From: Chloroflexota bacterium
GTDB taxonomy: Bacteria > Chloroflexota > Dehalococcoidia > Lucifugimonadales > Lucifugimonadaceae
Reading direction: 5' to 3'
Assembly (NCBI GenBank): GCA_002714425.1
Contig: PAXI01000005.1
Span: 100,877-164,876 of the forward strand
Length of the DNA stretch: 64,000 nt
Shown here: positions 1-10,540 of the stretch, piece after piece
Layout of the letters: each line of letters opens with the position of its first letter
How positions within the stretch are numbered: the stretch's first letter is position 1
Translations under genes and position numbers: made by a program
The notes under the pieces: model-generated
Seen by the model: the letters and a program-made list of their open reading frames with translations, nothing else
Database searches by the model: none
What the model was told of the DNA's origin: nothing

Positions 1-1
1 A

Positions 2-1846
2 AGATTGATTAGAAGAGGAATGTTATTCGCTAAAAAAATAGATCTTTTAGAATCTCCGCTTTCTTCATTGGTTGACGTAATAAGTAGAGAGATGGGAGAA
101 TACTACCCAGAATTAGCTGATAATAAAAATTTTATTATTGATGTCATATCTAAAGAAGAAGAGAATTTTAGTAAAACTTTGTCTAATGGACAATCAGTGC
201 TAGATGGGATGATTAATTTTAGAAAAAAAAATAAAAAGAGAGAATCTTCAGATAATTTTTCTAATGGCTTAAAAATTGCAGCAAATGAATCTAAAAAATC
301 AAATACAAAAAACTTTGATAAATCACTAACAGGTAGAGAAGCTTTTATTCTTTATGATACTTATGGATACCCTGTCGAAATTACAATTGAAGTTGCAAAA
401 CAAAACAACTTAGATCTTGATATAAATAGTTTTTACAAAGAGCTTGAAAATCAGAAAAAAGTTTCAAAAGAAAATAGCGGCCAATTGAATAAAAGTCAAA
501 ATTTGGAAATCTTTAAAAATTTAGATATCCATAGCACCAAATTTGTTGGGTATGAAAAAACTAATCATAAGTCTAAAGTAATTAGTATCATTCATAATGA
601 TCAAATTGTAGAGTCGATTGAAAAAGAATCTAATGCTCAAATAATCGTTTCTGAAACTCCATTTTATGCTGAAAGAGGCGGACAAATTGGTGACAGTGGT
701 TATATGCATAATGATCAAGTAGATATCGTTATAAATGACACACAATACCCTTACGGCAATATATCTGTCCATTTTGCAAGTAGCATAAAAGGAAAATTAT
801 CTGTTGGAGATGAGATAAATTTGCAGGTTGATGTTACTAGGAGAGAAAAAATAAAAAGAAATCATACTGCAACCCACTTGGTTCAAGCAGCATTAAGAGA
901 AATTCTTGGCACACATGTGAAACAAGCAGGCTCTGTAGTTGAACCTGAAAAGTTAAGATTTGATTTTACACACTTAAAGCCACTTACTAATGAAGAATTA
1001 ATTGAAATTCAGAATAGAGTTAACGAAGCAATAAGAGAGAATCATAAAGTAAATGTAGATTCAACAACATACACAGAAGCTGTGGATGATGGTGCTTTAG
1101 CCTTTTTTGGAGATACATATGATACTGATGTTAGAACAATTAAGATTACACCTCCTTGGAGCTATGAATTATGTGGAGGAACTCATATGGATTATACAGG
1201 CGGTATAGGTAGTTTTATAATTACCTCAGAAACAGGTATTGGTTCTGGGATAAGAAGATTGGAAGCAATCACTGGTATTGCCTCTGAAAGGCTAATAATT
1301 GAAAAATTTAGTGCCATGAAAAAAGCAACTAATTTTCTTAAAGTTCCTGATAATGATCTTGTTGATAGGATTATTTCTCTGAGTACCAAATTAGCAAATA
1401 ATGATAAAAAAATCTTAAATTTAGAACAGCAATTACTTTTTGGATCCCTATCGAATGATAATGAAAACTATTCAGGAGATAAGAAAATTCAAATCAAGAA
1501 GAAAATCATAGATGTAATAATTAGAGAAGTCAACGCTTCAAATATACAATCTCTAAGACAAACTGGTGATCATTTCAGAGCCAAAAATGAAGATTCATTG
1601 ATTATTTTAGGTAGTAATATAGGCGACCAGTCTTATGTAGTTATTATGTGCTCCAATTTCTTAGCCGATAATAATTTTCATGCTGGAGAAATAGCAAAAC
1701 AAATTTCATTATTGATGGATGGAGGCGGCGGTGGTAATAATAAAGTTGCACAAGCAGGAGCAAAAAAATCTGTTGAGCTATCTAAAGTATTAAATAAATG
1801 TACTGAGATTATAAGTAATCAAATAAACAAGAGTAAAAAATCTTGA
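2..1846 (+). CDS. alaS: alanine--tRNA ligase, C-terminal ~610 aa (5' end lies outside the window)
   Basis: Frame is open to the window edge. Editing-domain HxxxH motif (HTATHLVQAAL), CGGTH zinc motif and C-terminal DHHA1-type GGGGG..AQAG. Followed by ruvX. Confidence 0.9.
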   Translation, partial: RLIRRGMLFAKKIDLLESPLSSLVDVISREMGEYYPELADNKNFIIDVISKEEENFSKTLSNGQSVLDGMINFRKKNKKRESSDNFSNGLKIAANESKKSNTKNFDKSLTGREAFILYDTYGYPVEITIEVAKQNNLDLDINSFYKELENQKKVSKENSGQLNKSQNLEIFKNLDIHSTKFVGYEKTNHKSKVISIIHNDQIVESIEKESNAQIIVSETPFYAERGGQIGDSGYMHNDQVDIVINDTQYPYGNISVHFASSIKGKLSVGDEINLQVDVTRREKIKRNHTATHLVQAALREILGTHVKQAGSVVEPEKLRFDFTHLKPLTNEELIEIQNRVNEAIRENHKVNVDSTTYTEAVDDGALAFFGDTYDTDVRTIKITPPWSYELCGGTHMDYTGGIGSFIITSETGIGSGIRRLEAITGIASERLIIEKFSAMKKATNFLKVPDNDLVDRIISLSTKLANNDKKILNLEQQLLFGSLSNDNENYSGDKKIQIKKKIIDVIIREVNASNIQSLRQTGDHFRAKNEDSLIILGSNIGDQSYVVIMCSNFLADNNFHAGEIAKQISLLMDGGGGGNNKVAQAGAKKSVELSKVLNKCTEIISNQINKSKKS

Positions 1847-2289
1847 GTATAGAAAAAAATAATCGAATTCTAGGGATAGATTATGGTGAGAAACGCTTAG
1901 GGATAGCAATCAGTGATGATACAAATACAATAGCCTCTCCTTTAAAATATATAGAAAACAATAAAGAAATTCTTAGCAAACTTAATAACTTAATAATAAA
2001 ATATAATATAAAAACTTTGGTCGTCGGTTTACCAATTAATCTCGATGGATCCCATAGCAAATCATCCAAAAAGGTTCTAAAATTTTGCAAGTATGTAAAT
2101 AAAGAATTAGATATTATTGTTCATACTATAGATGAAAGACTATCTAGTGTAGAAGCTGAAAATAAATTGAGAGAATCTGGAAGGTCACCAAATATGTTTA
2201 GAAATCTTGATAGGGGCATCATAGATTCTGCGTCTGCAGCAATAATTTTAGATTCATTCATGCAAAAAAAAGGAAATCAAATTATATGA
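1843..2289 (+). CDS. ruvX: Holliday junction resolvase-like / pre-16S rRNA nuclease YqgF
   Basis: 148 aa. N-terminal ILGIDYGEKRLGIAISD matches the YqgF RNase H-fold motif. TTG start overlaps the alaS TGA stop (TTGA). Confidence 0.85.
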   Translation: MSIEKNNRILGIDYGEKRLGIAISDDTNTIASPLKYIENNKEILSKLNNLIIKYNIKTLVVGLPINLDGSHSKSSKKVLKFCKYVNKELDIIVHTIDERLSSVEAENKLRESGRSPNMFRNLDRGIIDSASAAIILDSFMQKKGNQII

Positions 2290-3125
2290 GAAATAATATT
2301 GGAGTGATAGGACATCCAATAAATCATAGTCTGTCTCCAGTTTTCCAGCAAGCTGCTTTAGATTATTTAGACAATAAAAATATTTTTGAAAAGTGGGATG
2401 TTCATCCTGAAAAATTAGAAGAAAAAATCAACTCTTTTAGAAAAGAATCTTTTATTGCTTCATGTGTCACATTACCTCATAAACAGAATGTTATCGCTTT
2501 AATTGACGATGTATCTGATTCGGCTAAAGCTATAGGAGCGGTTAATTGGATATACAACAAAAATAATAAACTTCTAGGAGACAATACAGATTCCTCAGGT
2601 TTTATTAGATCATTAACAGAAAAATATAAATTCTTACCTAAGGATAAAACTGCACTAGTTTTTGGTGCAGGTGGAGCCTCTAGGGCAATTATTTATGGGT
2701 TAATAAAATCTAGAGTAAAAAAAATTATACTATGTAATAGAAATTATGACAAAGCTCATATTGTCTCAAGAGAATTATCTACTAGTAAAGTAAAGATAGA
2801 ACCAATTTTATACAATAGAGACTCATTAGCTAATTATGCTCCCTATACAGACATCATAATAAATACAACATCTTTAGGGATGGCAGGGGGCCCTGCGCCT
2901 ATGACTTCTCCAATTACATCTGAATTAATTTCATCTAAAACCTTCGGTTATGACATAGTATACTCGCCTCTAATAACCCCCTTCATAAAGGAATTTGAAA
3001 AGTCAGGTGCAGAATATGGGACAGGGCTTAGTATGCTTTTGTATCAAGGAGTAGAAGGATTAGAAAAAGCACTAAATATAAAAGCTCCAATTAATGTTAT
3101 GCAAAAAGCATTAGATGCTTTATGA
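2286..3125 (+). CDS. aroE: shikimate dehydrogenase
   Basis: 279 aa. HSLSP, TLPHKQ (catalytic Lys), DNTD and GAGGASRA NADP-loop motifs. Sits in an aro cluster. Confidence 0.9.
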   Translation: MRNNIGVIGHPINHSLSPVFQQAALDYLDNKNIFEKWDVHPEKLEEKINSFRKESFIASCVTLPHKQNVIALIDDVSDSAKAIGAVNWIYNKNNKLLGDNTDSSGFIRSLTEKYKFLPKDKTALVFGAGGASRAIIYGLIKSRVKKIILCNRNYDKAHIVSRELSTSKVKIEPILYNRDSLANYAPYTDIIINTTSLGMAGGPAPMTSPITSELISSKTFGYDIVYSPLITPFIKEFEKSGAEYGTGLSMLLYQGVEGLEKALNIKAPINVMQKALDAL

Positions 3126-3146
3126 TAGTAATGTAGGTGATTAATT

Positions 3147-4328
3147 ATGTCAAAACTTAGATATTTAACTTCAGGTGAATCTCATGGGCAAGGCTTAACA
3201 GTTATTGTTGAGGGCATGCCTGCTGATCTTGAAATTTCTGAAAATTATATTGAACATCAGATGACAAGGAGGCAAAAGGGGTATGGGTCGGGAGGAAGAA
3301 TGAAAATTGAAAAAGATAAAGCTTTAATTAAATCTGGTGTACGCCATGGAAAAACACTAGGATCTCCTATAGCTTTATGGATAGAAAACAAGGACTTTGA
3401 AAACTGGAATGAAGCAATGTCCATAGAAGAAGTACCCGTTGATGTTGACAAAAAAGTTTTCACTAAGGTAGTTCCAGGTCATGCTGACTTTCCTGGAGCT
3501 CTTAAGTACAATCAAACTGACCTTAGGAATATTTTAGAGAGAGCAAGCGCTAGAGAAACTGCTTCAAGAGTAGCTGCTGGTTCAATCGCTAGGAAATTCT
3601 TAGAATTCTTTGGCGTATCTATTCATTCAAGAGTAATTTCTATTGGTTCAAAAAGTTCTCAAAATCTAAATTATGAAAAAATAGACTGGGAGTTTATTGA
3701 AAACTCGGAAGTTCGTGCAAATGATCTTGACTCTGAAGCAAAATTTAAAAAAGAAATAGACTTAGCGAAGTCTCAAAGAACAACCGTTGGAGGAATTTTT
3801 CAAATAATTACATACGGTGTACCTGTTGGTCTAGGAAGCCATGTCCACTGGGACAGAAAATTAGACGGGCAAATAGGACAATCTATTCTTAGTATAAATG
3901 CCGTAAAGGGTGTCGAGATTGGAAATGGGTTTGAAAATACTACAAAAAAAGGTAAGGAAGTTCATGATGTTATCATACCTGATAAAAATAACATCAAAAA
4001 CTTCAAGCATATTTCTAATCACGCTGGAGGAATTGAGGGTGGCATGACTAATGGAGAACCCATAATTGTAAATGTGGCAATCAAACCTATAGCCACTATG
4101 ACAAAGCCACTCCCTTCAGTTGATATAAATACTGGTGAAATAGTTGAAGCTACCTATAATAGAAGCGATATTTGTCAAGTTTCTCGTGCATGTCCAATAG
4201 GAGAATCAATGATTGCACTAACGCTAGCTAATTCTTTTTTGGAAAAATTTGGTGGTGACTCAATGTTAGAAATTCAAACAAATTATACAAGTTTTATAAA
4301 AACACATAAAAAATTTGGAAGTAAGTAG
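3147..4328 (+). CDS. aroC: chorismate synthase
   Basis: 393 aa. GESHG, PGHADF and RASARETASRVAAG signatures are colinear with E. coli AroC. Confidence 0.95.
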   Translation: MSKLRYLTSGESHGQGLTVIVEGMPADLEISENYIEHQMTRRQKGYGSGGRMKIEKDKALIKSGVRHGKTLGSPIALWIENKDFENWNEAMSIEEVPVDVDKKVFTKVVPGHADFPGALKYNQTDLRNILERASARETASRVAAGSIARKFLEFFGVSIHSRVISIGSKSSQNLNYEKIDWEFIENSEVRANDLDSEAKFKKEIDLAKSQRTTVGGIFQIITYGVPVGLGSHVHWDRKLDGQIGQSILSINAVKGVEIGNGFENTTKKGKEVHDVIIPDKNNIKNFKHISNHAGGIEGGMTNGEPIIVNVAIKPIATMTKPLPSVDINTGEIVEATYNRSDICQVSRACPIGESMIALTLANSFLEKFGGDSMLEIQTNYTSFIKTHKKFGSK

Positions 4329-4870
4329 TGAGTTCTCAAAAAAATAATATTGTTTTTTTGATTGGATTACCTGGTTCTGGAAAAACTCATATTGGTAATT
4401 TGCTTTCTGAAAGTATGTCTTGGAATTTTATCGATATGGATGATCATATAGAAAAATATACAAAAAATACAATTAGTAATATTTTTAAAAATTTTGGGGA
4501 AGCCTATTTTAGAAAAATTGAATTTGAAGCCTTGCAAAACCTAAAAAGTTTAAAAAATACTATAATATCTACTGGTGGGGGATGCGTATTAAGCGATAAA
4601 AATAAATCTATTATCAAAAATTCAGGCATAGTAGTTTGGTTAAAAGCTGAGCCTGAAACATTACATGATCGTTTGAATAATCTAAATAATAAAAATATAA
4701 GACCTCTTTTAGGTAAAAATGTAACCCTTGATAAAATTTTTGATTTATCAGAGGAAAGAAAAAATCATTATTCTATTGCTGACTTGACTATAACCACCGA
4801 CAATAAAACTACCAAAGCTGTAAAAGATGAAATCATAAATTTTTTAAGGAGTAAAAATATTGAGTACTAG
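4328..4870 (+). CDS. aroK: shikimate kinase
   Basis: 180 aa. Walker A GLPGSGKT, DMDD and STGGG motifs. GTG start overlaps the aroC stop by 1 nt. Confidence 0.85.
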   Translation: MSSQKNNIVFLIGLPGSGKTHIGNLLSESMSWNFIDMDDHIEKYTKNTISNIFKNFGEAYFRKIEFEALQNLKSLKNTIISTGGGCVLSDKNKSIIKNSGIVVWLKAEPETLHDRLNNLNNKNIRPLLGKNVTLDKIFDLSEERKNHYSIADLTITTDNKTTKAVKDEIINFLRSKNIEY

Positions 4871-5957
4871 AAATATAAAAGTAAGTACAAAAAATGAGTC
4901 CTATAATGTAATAATTGGCCTAAATATGATTTCAGAGCTAGGAGATGAAATAAAAAAATTAGGTTTACCAGGTAAAGCTTTCATTGTTATAGATAAAGCG
5001 TTATTTCCTGATCCTGCTCGTGAAATTCAAGAATCATTAGAAAAAAATAATTATGAAACTAAACTATTAAATATCGAAATAGATGAATCCAAAAAGAATA
5101 TTGACACTGTTAACGTAATATATGAATGGCTAGAATCTTCAAAAATGGAAAGGAGCGACTTTATTATTTCAGTTGGAGGCGGAGTAACTGGTGATTTAGT
5201 TGGTTTTGTAGCATCAACTTGGGTTAGAGGTGTCAATTTAATACATGTCCCATCAACTCTTATTGCTATGGTAGACTCCTCTATAGGTGGGAAAACTGGA
5301 TATAATACAAAAAACGGAAAAAATTTAGTTGGGGCATTTTACCAACCAAAACTTGTTTTTCAAGATATAAATTTTCTCAAAACATTACCCGAAAGAGAAA
5401 TTAGTGCTGGATGGGCTGAACTCTTAAAGCATAGCCTCATTTATGACAAAAAATTATTTGATCATTTTTATCAAAATCATACTGATATTAAAAACTTAAA
5501 TAATCTTAATTCAATAGAAGCTATCTCAAAAAGTGTTGAAATAAAAGCAAAAATTGTTTCAGAGGATATAAATGAAAAAGATCAAAAGAGAATTTTACTT
5601 AATTACGGCCATACAACAGGTCATGCTCTGGAATCAATAACAAATTACAAAAAGTTTTTACATGGTGAAGCAGTGTCATTGGGAATGATGGTAGCAGGCA
5701 ATATTTCATTCTTAATGGGGCTTTTGAGTTACGATAATCTACAAATGCAAAAAAATATACTAGAAAAATATTTTCTTCCGACTTCAATCAGTGAGGAATT
5801 AAATATCAATACTATTATAGACCTAACTAAGAATGATAAAAAAAGTAAGTCTGGAAAAATTAACTGGATTTTATTAGAGGATATAGGTAAACCTGTAATT
5901 AGAAATGATGTACCTGAAGAGATAATAATTAGGTCCCTTAAAAGTATATTTGTATAG
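4860..5957 (+). CDS. aroB: 3-dehydroquinate synthase
   Basis: 365 aa. GGGVTGDLVGF, NYGHTTGHALE and HGEAVSLGM metal/NAD motifs. TTG start. Confidence 0.9.
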   Translation: MSTRNIKVSTKNESYNVIIGLNMISELGDEIKKLGLPGKAFIVIDKALFPDPAREIQESLEKNNYETKLLNIEIDESKKNIDTVNVIYEWLESSKMERSDFIISVGGGVTGDLVGFVASTWVRGVNLIHVPSTLIAMVDSSIGGKTGYNTKNGKNLVGAFYQPKLVFQDINFLKTLPEREISAGWAELLKHSLIYDKKLFDHFYQNHTDIKNLNNLNSIEAISKSVEIKAKIVSEDINEKDQKRILLNYGHTTGHALESITNYKKFLHGEAVSLGMMVAGNISFLMGLLSYDNLQMQKNILEKYFLPTSISEELNINTIIDLTKNDKKSKSGKINWILLEDIGKPVIRNDVPEEIIIRSLKSIFV

Positions 5958-5958
5958 T

Positions 5959-6234
5959 TTATCCACCAGCTACGGCTGGGACTATCGTGATTTCATCGTT
6001 GCTTGAAAGTTTAGTACCTAAGCCTTCCAAATATTTTACGTCCTCGCCATTAACATAAATATTTACAAAGCCAAAAATATCCCCCTTAGAATCAATTAAT
6101 CTATCATAAATACCTGAATAGGATTTATCCATATTTATTATAAGATCTTTAATATTTTCGCCATTAGCTACAACAGTGGATTCACCATTAGTAAATTCTC
6201 TAAGCGGGGTTGGTATTTTAATTTTTATACTCAT
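5959..6234 (-). CDS. MoaD/ThiS-family sulfur-carrier protein, CysO-like (C-terminal ...AVAGG)
   Basis: 91 aa, ends in Gly-Gly. Colinear by memory with M. tuberculosis CysO (...FVNIYVN.EDV...ILPAVAGG). Confidence 0.7.
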   Translation of the reverse strand: MSIKIKIPTPLREFTNGESTVVANGENIKDLIINMDKSYSGIYDRLIDSKGDIFGFVNIYVNGEDVKYLEGLGTKLSSNDEITIVPAVAGG

Positions 6235-6266
6235 ATATTATCTTTCGTATCTATGGTAACAAAAAT

Positions 6267-7157
6267 TTATACTAAACCTACAATAATAATAGTGCCAAAA
6301 AATATCAAAATGATTCCTATAACTCTCATTTTTTCTAATTTTTCTCTAAGAAAAAACCAACCAAACATTGCACCAATTACTACTCCTATCTCTCTCATTG
6401 GAGCGATAAGACTAACTTGAGATATCTGCAAAGCACTTAAGATCAACACGTAAGATAAAAATGAAAATAGTGCTCCTAATAAATTTCTCAAAAAGTTTTC
6501 TCTTAAGATTTTCTTAATCGAAACATGACTGTAATTATATTTATAAACTCCTATACCTGCAACTACACTACCTAAACACATTGAAGACATATAAAATAAT
6601 GGATCTACATATTGGACACCTTGTTTATCCCAAACTGAGTAAGCAGATACGGTTAAACCAGTAAGAAGAGAGTATACAAATGCCCTGGACTTCAGAAATT
6701 GTCTCCCCTGAATAGACTGAAAAACTAAAAAAATATTACTTTTTTTATTACCTCCAACTAATAAGACTCCTACAAATATCGAAAAAATAGATATCAATCC
6801 CAAAAAGTTAATCTCTTCATTTAAAATTGTTACACCCAATATAGGAATTAATCCTATACCAAGTCCTCTAGCTATAGGGTATACGAATGACAATTCTCCG
6901 TGTTTGTATGATTTACCTAGAAAGATAAAATACAAAATATGAATAATTGAAGTTCCAATTATAAAAATCCAGCCTATTAAATCTGGTATTTCTGATATTA
7001 GAAAATATACAAAAATAATTGGTAAAGAAATAAACCCTCTAAATATATGGATTACTGAATTGGATAACTCAGGATCCTTAGAACCACGAATAAAAAAATT
7101 CCATGATGCGTGAAGAAGAGCAGAGAATAAAACTAAAATTATTGCTAAAGAGTTCAA
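6267..7157 (-). CDS. EamA/DMT-superfamily transporter
   Basis: 296 aa, about 10 predicted TM helices, two-repeat EamA-like architecture. Confidence 0.7.
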   Translation of the reverse strand: MNSLAIILVLFSALLHASWNFFIRGSKDPELSNSVIHIFRGFISLPIIFVYFLISEIPDLIGWIFIIGTSIIHILYFIFLGKSYKHGELSFVYPIARGLGIGLIPILGVTILNEEINFLGLISIFSIFVGVLLVGGNKKSNIFLVFQSIQGRQFLKSRAFVYSLLTGLTVSAYSVWDKQGVQYVDPLFYMSSMCLGSVVAGIGVYKYNYSHVSIKKILRENFLRNLLGALFSFLSYVLILSALQISQVSLIAPMREIGVVIGAMFGWFFLREKLEKMRVIGIILIFFGTIIIVGLV

Positions 7158-7166
7158 TCTACAACT

Positions 7167-8345
7167 TTAACTTGCTAGATTAAATTTATGTACTGTGTGC
7201 TTATTTATCCAATCCCAATCAAGTTCAACACCAATTCCATGCCCATCAGGAGCAAAAACATTTCCATTTTTATCTACTGCATTTAGTTCATCACTATAAT
7301 CTTTATATATTTTTGACCATATATTAAAATTACTTAACTTTGGATGAACTAAGCCCAGTTCATAAAAATTAGTATTTTTTATTGAAGACATTATATGCCT
7401 ATGTACAGGTCCAGGCCCATGAAGTTCTACATCAAGACCAAAACCCTCTGTTGCATGAGCTATTTTCATAGTTCCAGTTATCCCTCCATCTTGATAAGCA
7501 CCCGCCCTGACATAATCCGTAGATTCGGACAAAATGAAATCTACATGCTGTTCTAAAAATCTTATATGTTCCGTTTGAAGTATTGGAGTATTAATCATTT
7601 GACGTAATTTTCTGTGAGCAAATTGCGAAACACCTCCATCTGCATATGGATCTTCAAGCCAGAAAAATTTAGCTTCATCACAAGCCCTTCCGATTCTTAA
7701 AGCATCTCCAAAATTTTTTATTTCACAAGCTGGATCAATCAGAAGATCAAGTTTGTTCTCAAAATTCTTTCCCAGCATTAACACATTTGTAATTTCTCTA
7801 TTTATATCGTTTCTAGCAAGCCCCCAACCGTGAACCTTAAATGCTTTGTAACCCAACTCCAAACACTCTTGTGCAAAATCACTAAAGTCTTCAGGAGTTG
7901 CCAATCCACCATTTTCATCCCCATGAAGAGTTGACGCATATGCTTTCAAAGGTATTTTTTCTCCTCCAAGAAGCCTATAAATAGGTTCTTCATAAAGTTT
8001 TCCTGCTATATCCCATAGACAAATATCAACATAACTATTAGCAGCATTTAATGATTGTCTCATACCTCTCTTAATATCCTTGTAAATTTCTTCTCTGGAT
8101 AATGGATTTTTTCCTATTAAGTAGTTTGATACGGATTGAATCTCAGCCACATCTACCCCAGCATTCATAGGATATTCTCCTACAATACCTTGGTCAGTAT
8201 GCACCTGAAGTATAGCTGCTTTTTGTTTCTTTTTTGAGCCAGGATCATATACTTGATTAAAAGTATTATAGTCTGTACCAAGATTTAATGATTCCCATTC
8301 AAAAATAACGACTGAAATTTTATTTATTTTTGGATATTTTTTCAT
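7167..8345 (-). CDS. enolase-superfamily (mandelate racemase/muconate lactonizing family) acid-sugar dehydratase-like enzyme
   Basis: 392 aa. MR/MLE-type metal-ligand pattern (..LIDPACE.., ..WLEDP.., ..QTEH..) and an N-terminal capping domain. Confidence 0.8.
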   Translation of the reverse strand: MKKYPKINKISVVIFEWESLNLGTDYNTFNQVYDPGSKKKQKAAILQVHTDQGIVGEYPMNAGVDVAEIQSVSNYLIGKNPLSREEIYKDIKRGMRQSLNAANSYVDICLWDIAGKLYEEPIYRLLGGEKIPLKAYASTLHGDENGGLATPEDFSDFAQECLELGYKAFKVHGWGLARNDINREITNVLMLGKNFENKLDLLIDPACEIKNFGDALRIGRACDEAKFFWLEDPYADGGVSQFAHRKLRQMINTPILQTEHIRFLEQHVDFILSESTDYVRAGAYQDGGITGTMKIAHATEGFGLDVELHGPGPVHRHIMSSIKNTNFYELGLVHPKLSNFNIWSKIYKDYSDELNAVDKNGNVFAPDGHGIGVELDWDWINKHTVHKFNLAS

Positions 8346-8446
8346 TGCTTTCCTACTTCGACTGAAATGTAAATTACGTATATACTACATCAATATAACA
8401 AAAAAATAAAACTAAAATTACTATTTATAGTATTTATGGAGAGAAA

Positions 8447-9535
8447 ATGAATTATCAAGAAGAAAGATCATCTGATTGTAGAATATCTGACGCTTGGACT
8501 TATAAAGGTCTAAAGACTGTCATTCTAGAAAATAATTTGATACAAGTTATTGTTTTGGCTGATAAAGGCGCCGATATATATAGTTTTATAGATAAAGAAA
8601 CTGACACAGATGTTCTTTGGAAAACTCCATGGGGAGTAAGAGACCCTAAAAAAACTGTCCCTCCAACTGGCGACCCTGCCTCTGTTTGGTTAGATTTTTA
8701 CGAAGGAGGATGGCAAACAGTTTTACCGAATGGTGGATATCCTGGCAATGTAAATGGTGCAGACTTAGGGCTTCATTCAGATGTCAATAATATTCCATGG
8801 GAGTGTTCAATTTTAGTTGACTCTCCAGAAAAAGTATCAGTAATTTTTTCTGCAAAAAGTATAAGGTATCCGTTAAATATTGAAAGAAAACTAACATTAA
8901 ATAATCATTCAAAAATTCTAGAAATAGAACAAACTATTCATAATGATGGTGAAGAAACCATAGATGTGGTTTGGTTAGAACATATAGCTTTAGGGGAACC
9001 AATCATTTCTGAAAATTCAACCCTTTATTTACCAGAGAAATCAACGATACTTACACATCCAGATGATGTTGAAGCAAGTTCCAAATTAAATCCTGACTTC
9101 AAAGGTCCTTGGCCTTATGCTGAACTAAAAAATGGAAATAAAATTGATTTCAGAAAAATACCACCTAAAAAAGACAGATCCCTAGACATGGCTTATATAT
9201 CCGAAATGGATAAAGGTTGGTATGCAATAAGAAATAATAAAAATAATTTAGGATGGGTTGTAAGTTACCCTGAGGAAATATTTAAGTATTTATGGTACTG
9301 GAGAAATTTTGGAGGTGGGTACGGTTATCCTTTTTATGGAAGAAGTTATAATGCCGGATTAGAACCTTGCACTAGTTACAATAATAACGGCTTAGAAGAA
9401 TCAATAAAAAATGGAACATCTTTAAAATTAGAACCTAAAGAAACAATAAAAGCCAAAATCAATGCTGGTATATTCTCGGGTAGTGGTAAAATTATTGATG
9501 TTGATGAAAATTGTAATATTATATTTGAGGACTAA
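8447..9535 (+). CDS. galactose-mutarotase-like / DUF4432-type protein (tentative)
   Basis: 362 aa, predicted beta-rich protein with a GGWQTVLPNGG-type motif. Assignment is from memory of the aldose-epimerase-like superfamily plus sugar-gene context only. Confidence 0.4.
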   Translation: MNYQEERSSDCRISDAWTYKGLKTVILENNLIQVIVLADKGADIYSFIDKETDTDVLWKTPWGVRDPKKTVPPTGDPASVWLDFYEGGWQTVLPNGGYPGNVNGADLGLHSDVNNIPWECSILVDSPEKVSVIFSAKSIRYPLNIERKLTLNNHSKILEIEQTIHNDGEETIDVVWLEHIALGEPIISENSTLYLPEKSTILTHPDDVEASSKLNPDFKGPWPYAELKNGNKIDFRKIPPKKDRSLDMAYISEMDKGWYAIRNNKNNLGWVVSYPEEIFKYLWYWRNFGGGYGYPFYGRSYNAGLEPCTSYNNNGLEESIKNGTSLKLEPKETIKAKINAGIFSGSGKIIDVDENCNIIFED

Positions 9536-9538
9536 ATA

Positions 9539-10540
9539 ATGAGAAAAAGAAAATTCGGTAATAGTGATCTCGAAACCTCTGTCATAGGTTACGGTGGTTG
9601 GCCAATGGGAAGAGGCCAATATGGTCCCTTTGATGACGATGAGTCTATAAAATCGGCTAGAACATCTTATGAAAATGGTATTACATTATTTGATACTGCG
9701 GCAATTTATGGTTGGGGTTATGGCGAGAAACTTATGGGTAAAGCTATAAAAGATTTTAGAAAAAATATAGTTTTAGTTACCAAAGGAGCGAGAGAATGGG
9801 ATAGAAATAATCCGGATAGAAATACTGCTACAATTGCAGATTCTGACCCAATAAAACTAACTAAATCAATTGATGAAAGCCTAAAAAGATTGCAAACAGA
9901 CTACATAGATTTATTTTTAATACATTGGCCTGATAAAACTAGACCGTTTTCAGTTCCTATGGAAGTTCTTGAAAAAGCAAAAAACGATGGTAAAGTAAGA
10001 TATTCGGGCGTTTCAAATTTTTCTGTTTCTATGATGGAAGAATCTCTTCAATCGAGCGATATAGTAACAAATCAAATTGGATATCATATTTTTGACAGAA
10101 GACCAGAAAAAGAAGTGATGCCTTATATAAAAAAGAAAAATATGGGAGTTATGGCTTATGGATCTTTGGCTCACGGATTATTAACAGGTAAGTGGAATAC
10201 TTCCAAAACATTTACTAATGATGACTGGAGACAGAATACTACTAATTTTGGCTTACATTCATGGAGTAAAGAAAATTTGAAGAGTAATTTAGAGGTTGCA
10301 AAGAAAATCCAGAATTTAGGAAAAGAATTTAATAAATCAATTACTCAGTTAGCTATATCTTGGGTTTTGGCAAATGAAACGGTAAGCGTTGCTTTGGCTG
10401 GTTCTACAAAACCTGAAAATAGCATAGAAAACTTAGGTGGAGATTGGGATATGCCAGATGACCTAAAAAATGAAATTGATAAACTTGTGCTTAATGTGGG
10501 ATCAGGTGTAGGAAAATCTGGAATGGAGATAGCTACCTAA
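9539..10540 (+). CDS. aldo/keto reductase
   Basis: 333 aa. AKR catalytic tetrad context: FDTAAIYG (Asp, Tyr), VTKG (Lys), LIHWPD (His). Confidence 0.85.
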   Translation: MRKRKFGNSDLETSVIGYGGWPMGRGQYGPFDDDESIKSARTSYENGITLFDTAAIYGWGYGEKLMGKAIKDFRKNIVLVTKGAREWDRNNPDRNTATIADSDPIKLTKSIDESLKRLQTDYIDLFLIHWPDKTRPFSVPMEVLEKAKNDGKVRYSGVSNFSVSMMEESLQSSDIVTNQIGYHIFDRRPEKEVMPYIKKKNMGVMAYGSLAHGLLTGKWNTSKTFTNDDWRQNTTNFGLHSWSKENLKSNLEVAKKIQNLGKEFNKSITQLAISWVLANETVSVALAGSTKPENSIENLGGDWDMPDDLKNEIDKLVLNVGSGVGKSGMEIAT

